Under the pieces are notes generated by a model. That model saw only the letters and a program-made list of their open reading frames with translations. It was not told where the DNA came from and did not search any database. Position numbers and translations under genes: made by a program. A stretch of DNA of 64,000 nt. It comes from Squalus acanthias. Lineage: Eukaryota. Shown one piece after another: positions 59,901-64,000 of this stretch (the first letter of the stretch is position 1; every line of letters begins with the position of its first letter). The DNA lies in NCBI GenBank assembly GCA_030390025.1, contig CM059452.1, positions 17,112,001-17,176,000 of the forward strand. The letters run 5' to 3'.

Positions 59901-62900
59901 GGGCATTGGCTTGGTTTGGGAATGAAGCAGTGCTAGGAGGAGAGAGCGGGGCAGTGGGATTGGTTTAGGAATGGAGCAGGGGTAGGAGGAGAGAGCGGGG
60001 CAGTGGGATTAGTTTAGGAATGGAGCAGGGCTAGGAGGAGAGAGCGGTGCAGTGGGATTGGTTTAGGAATGGAGCAGGGCTAGGAGGAGAGAGCGGGGCA
60101 GTGGGATTAGTTTAGGAATGGAGCAGGGTAGGAGGAGAGAGCGGGGCAGTGGGATTGGTTTAGGAATGGAGCAGAGCTAGGAGGAGAGAGCGGGGCAGTG
60201 GGATTGGTTTAGGAATGGAGCAGGGCTAGGAGGGGAGAGCGGGGCAGTGGGATTGGATTGGGAATGGAGCAGGGCTAGGAGGAGAGAGCGGGGCAGTGGG
60301 ATTGGTTGAGGAATGGAGCAGGGCTAGGAGGAGAGAGCGGGGCAGTGGGATTGGTTTTGGAATGGAGCAGGGCTAGGTTGAGAGAGCGGGGCAGTGGAAT
60401 TAGTTTAGGAATGGAGCAGGGCTAGGAGGAGAGAGCGGGGCAGTGGGATTGTTTAGGAATGGAGCAGGGCTAGGAGGAGAGAGCGGGGCAGTGGGATTGG
60501 TTTAGGAATGGAGCAGGGCTAGGAGGAGAGAGCGGGCAGTGGGATTGGTTTAGGAATGGAGCAGGCTAGGAGGAGAGAGCGGGCATCGTGGGATTGGTTT
60601 AGGAATGGAGCAGGGCTAGGAGGAGAGAGCGGGCAGTGGGATTGGTTTAGGAATGGAGCAGGCTAGGAGGAGAGAGCGGGGCAGTGGGATTGGTTTAGGA
60701 ATGGAGCAGGCTAGGAGGAGAGAGCGGGGCAGTGGGATTGGTTAGGAATGGAGCAGGGCTAGAGGAGAGAGCGGGGCAGTGGGATTGGTTTAGGAATGGA
60801 GCAGGGCTAGGAGGAGAGAGCGGGCAGTGGGATTGGTTTAGGAATGGAGCAGGGCTAGGAGGAGAGAGCGGGGCAGTGGGATTGGTTTAGGAATGGAGCA
60901 GGGCTAGGAGGAGAGAGCGGGGCAGTGGGATTGGTTTCGGAATGGAGCAGGCTAGGAGGAGAGAGCGGGGCAGTGGGATTGGTTTAGGAATGTAGCAGGG
61001 CTAGGAGGAGAGAGCGGGGCAGTGGGATTGTTTTGGGAATGGAGCAGGGCTAGGAGAGAGCGGGGCAGTGGGATTGGTTTAGGAATGGAGCAGGGCTAGG
61101 AGGAGAGAGCGGGGCAGTGGGATTGGTTTAGGAATGGAGCAGGGCTAGGAGGGAGAGCGAGGCAGTGGGATTGGTTTAGGAATGGAGCAGGGCTAGGAGG
61201 AGAGAGCGGGGCAGTGGGATTGGTTGAGGAATGGAGCAGGGCTAGGAGGAGAGAGAGGGCAGTGGGATTGGTTTAGGAATGGAGCAGGGCTAGGATGAGA
61301 GAGCGGGGCAGTGGATTAGTTTAGGAATGGAGCAGGGCTAGGAGGAGAGAGCGGGGCAGTGGGATTGGTTTGGGAATGGAGCAGGGCTAGGAGGAGAGAG
61401 CGGGGCAGTGGGATTCTTTTGGGAATGGAGCAGGGCTAGGAGAAGGAGGTGGGCAATGGGATTGGTTTGGGAATGGAGCAGGGCTAGGAGGAGAGAGCGG
61501 GAGAGTGGGATTGGTTTAGGAATGGAGCAGGGCTAGGAGTAGAGAGCGGGAGAGTGGGATTGGTTTCGGAATGGAGCAGGGCTAGGAGTAGAGAGCGGGA
61601 GAGTGGGATTGGTTTAGGAATGGAGCAAGGCTAGGAGTAGAGAACGGGAGAGTGGGATTTGTTTAGGAATGGAGCAGTGCTTCCAGGATAGAGCGTGGCA
61701 GTGGGATTGATTTGGAAATGGAGCAGGGCTAGGAGGAGAGAGCGGGCCAGTGGGATTGGTTTGGCAATGGAGCAGGGCTAGGTGGAGAGAGCGGTTCAGT
61801 GAGATAGGTTTAGGAATAGAACAGGGCTAGGAGGAGAGAGTGGGTCAGTGGGATTGGTTTAGGAATGGAAGAGGGCTCGGAGTAGAGAGCGGGGAAGTGG
61901 GATTGGTTTAGGAATGGAGCAGGGCTAGGAGGAGAGAGCGGGGCAGTGGGATTGGTTCAGGAATGGAGCAGGGCTAGGAGGAGAGAGCGGGACAGTGGGA
62001 TTGGTTCAGGAATGGAGCAGGGCTAGGAGGAGAGAGCGGGGCAGTGGGATTGGTTGAGGAATGGAGCAGGGCGCGGAGGAGAGAGCGGGGCAGTGGGAGT
62101 GGTTGGGGAATGGAGCAGGGTTAGGACGAGAGAGCGGGGCAGTGGGATTTGTTTAGGAATGGGGCAGTACTAGGACGAGAGAGCGGGCCAGTGGGATTTG
62201 TTCGGGAATGGAGCAGGGCTAGGTGGAGAGAGCGGTTCAGTGAGATAGGTTTAGGAATAGAACAGGGCTAGGAGGAGAGAGCGGGCCAGTGGGATTGGTT
62301 TAGGAATGGAACAGGGCTCGGAGTAGAGAGCGGGGCAGTGGGATTGGTTTTGGAATGGAGCAGGGCTCGGAGGAGTATAAAGCAGGCAGTAGGACTGGTT
62401 TAGGAATGGAGCAGGGCTAGGAGGAGAGAGCGGGGCAGTGGGATTGGTTTAGGAATGGAGCAGGGCTAGGAGGAGAGAGCGGTGCAGTGGGATTAGTTTA
62501 GGAATGGAGCAGGGCTAGGAGGAGAGAGCGGGCAGTGGGATTGGTTTAGGAATGGAGCAGGTCTAGGAGGAGAGAGCGGGGCAGTGGGATTGGTTTAGGA
62601 ATGGAGCAGGGCTAGGAGTAGAGAGCGGGGCAGTGGGATTGGTTTAGGAATGGAGCAGGGCTAGGAGGAGAGACGGCGCAGTGGGATTGTTTAGGAATGG
62701 AGCAGGGCTAGGAGGAGAGAGCGGGGCAGTGGGATTGTTTAGGAATGGAGCAGGGCTAGGAGGAGAGAGCGGGGCAGTGGGATGGTTTAGGAATGGAGCA
62801 GGGCTAGGAGGAGAGAGCGGGCAGTGGATTGGTTTAGGAATGGAGCAGGGCTAGGAGGAGAGAGCGGGTCAGTGGGATTGGTTTAGGAATGGAGCAGGGC

Positions 62901-64000
62901 TCGGAGTAGAGAGCGGGGAAGTGGGATTGGTTTAGGAATGGAGCAGGGCTCGGAGGAGAGAGCGGGGCAGTGGGATTGGTTTAGGAATGGAGCAGGGCTC
63001 GGAGTCGAGAGCGGGGAAGTGGATTGGTTTAGGAATGGAACAGGGCTCGGAGTAGAGAGCGGGGAAGTGGGATTGGTTGAGGAATGGAGCAGGGCTAGGA
63101 GGGGAGAGCGGGGCAGTGGGATTGGATTGGGAATGGAGCAGGGCTAGGAGGAGAGAGCGGGGGCAGTGGGATTGGTTGAGGAATGGTGCAGGGCTAGGAG
63201 GAGAGAGATGGGCAGTGGGATTGGTTTTGGAATGGACCAGGGCTAGGTTGAGAGAGCGGGGCAGTGGAATTAGTTTAGGAATGGAGCAGGGCTAAGAGGA
63301 TAGAGCAGGGCAGTGGGATTGGTTTGGGAATTGATCAGGCTAGGAGGAGAGAGCGGGGCCGTGGGATTCTTTTGGGAATGGAGCAGGCTAGGAGAAGGAG
63401 TGGGGCAGTGGGATTGTTTGGGAATGGAGCAGGGCTAGGAGGAGAGAGCGGGCAGTGGATTGTTTAGGAATGGAGCAGGGCTAGGAGGAGAGAGGGGGCA
63501 GTGGGATTGGATTAGGAATGGAGCAGGGCTAGGAGTAGAGAGCGGGGCAGTGGGATTGGTTTAGGAATTGGAGCAGGGCTAGGAGGAGAGAGCGGGGCAG
63601 TGGGATTGGTTGGGAATGGAGCAGGGCTAGGAGGAGAGCGGGGCAGTGGGATTGTTTAGGAATGGAGCAGGGCTAGGAGGAGAGAGCGGGGCAGTGGGAT
63701 TGTTGGGCAATGGAGCAGGCTAGGAGGAGAGAGCGGGGCAGTGGGATTGGTTTAGGGAATGGAGCAGGGCTAGGATGAGAGAGCGGGGCAGTGGATTGGT
63801 TTAGGAATGGAGCAGGGCTAGGAGGAGAGAGCTGGGCAGTGGGATTGGATTGGAATGGAGCAAGGGCTAGGAGGAGAGAGCGGGTCATTGGGATTGGTTT
63901 AGAAAAGGAGCAGTTCTAGGAGAAGAGAGCGGGGCAGTGGGATTGTTTGGTGAATGGAGCATGGCTAGAAGGAGAGAGCGGGGCAGTGGGATTGGTTGGG
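41901..64000 (+). repeat. G-rich 49-bp tandem satellite (~450 units, runs off the window end)
   Basis: Consensus GGAATGGAGCAGGGCTAGGAGGAGAGAGCGGGGCAGTGGGATTGGTTTA repeated head-to-tail for 22 kb. Confidence 0.98.

Noticed and set aside
42060-63888. Many short G/E/W-rich ORFs in the ORF track
   Set aside because: They are translations of a 49-bp (non-triplet) satellite with recurrent TAG stops, not genes.
41901-64000. CRISPR-like periodic array
   Set aside because: There are no unique spacers or cas genes, the DNA is vertebrate, and monomers are head-to-tail.

Overview
Eukaryotic genomic DNA from a cartilaginous fish. The C1 protein resembles spiny-dogfish (Squalus) IgNAR from memory, so the species is an inference. 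The + strand holds the whole constant region of one IgNAR heavy-chain-only antibody cluster: C1 (5878-6198), C2 (8303-8605), C3 (8681-8998), C4 (12999-13319), C5 plus secretory tail (13739-14121), TM1 (18233-18390) and a probable TM2 (26770-26817). All these exons are open with GT-AG boundaries. I saw no V, D or J segment; they should lie upstream of the window. Introns and flanks are full of CR1 and L2 LINE fragments, Deu-type SINEs, MITE-like elements and one near-full-length decayed CR1. From about 41.9 kb to the end is a G-rich 49-bp satellite. The most notable observations are: (1) a 48-nt phase-1/1 Cys-containing micro-exon candidate between C3 and C4 that mimics the C4 N-terminus and could instead read through to a Cys-terminated tail; (2) a Penelope-like insertion in the same intron forming a ~460-bp inverted repeat with a 12-bp TSD and a minimal hammerhead ribozyme in each arm; (3) a satellite monomer apparently derived from the CR1 ORF2 C-terminus, with switch-region-like composition; (4) an octamer cluster in the presumed J-C intron.
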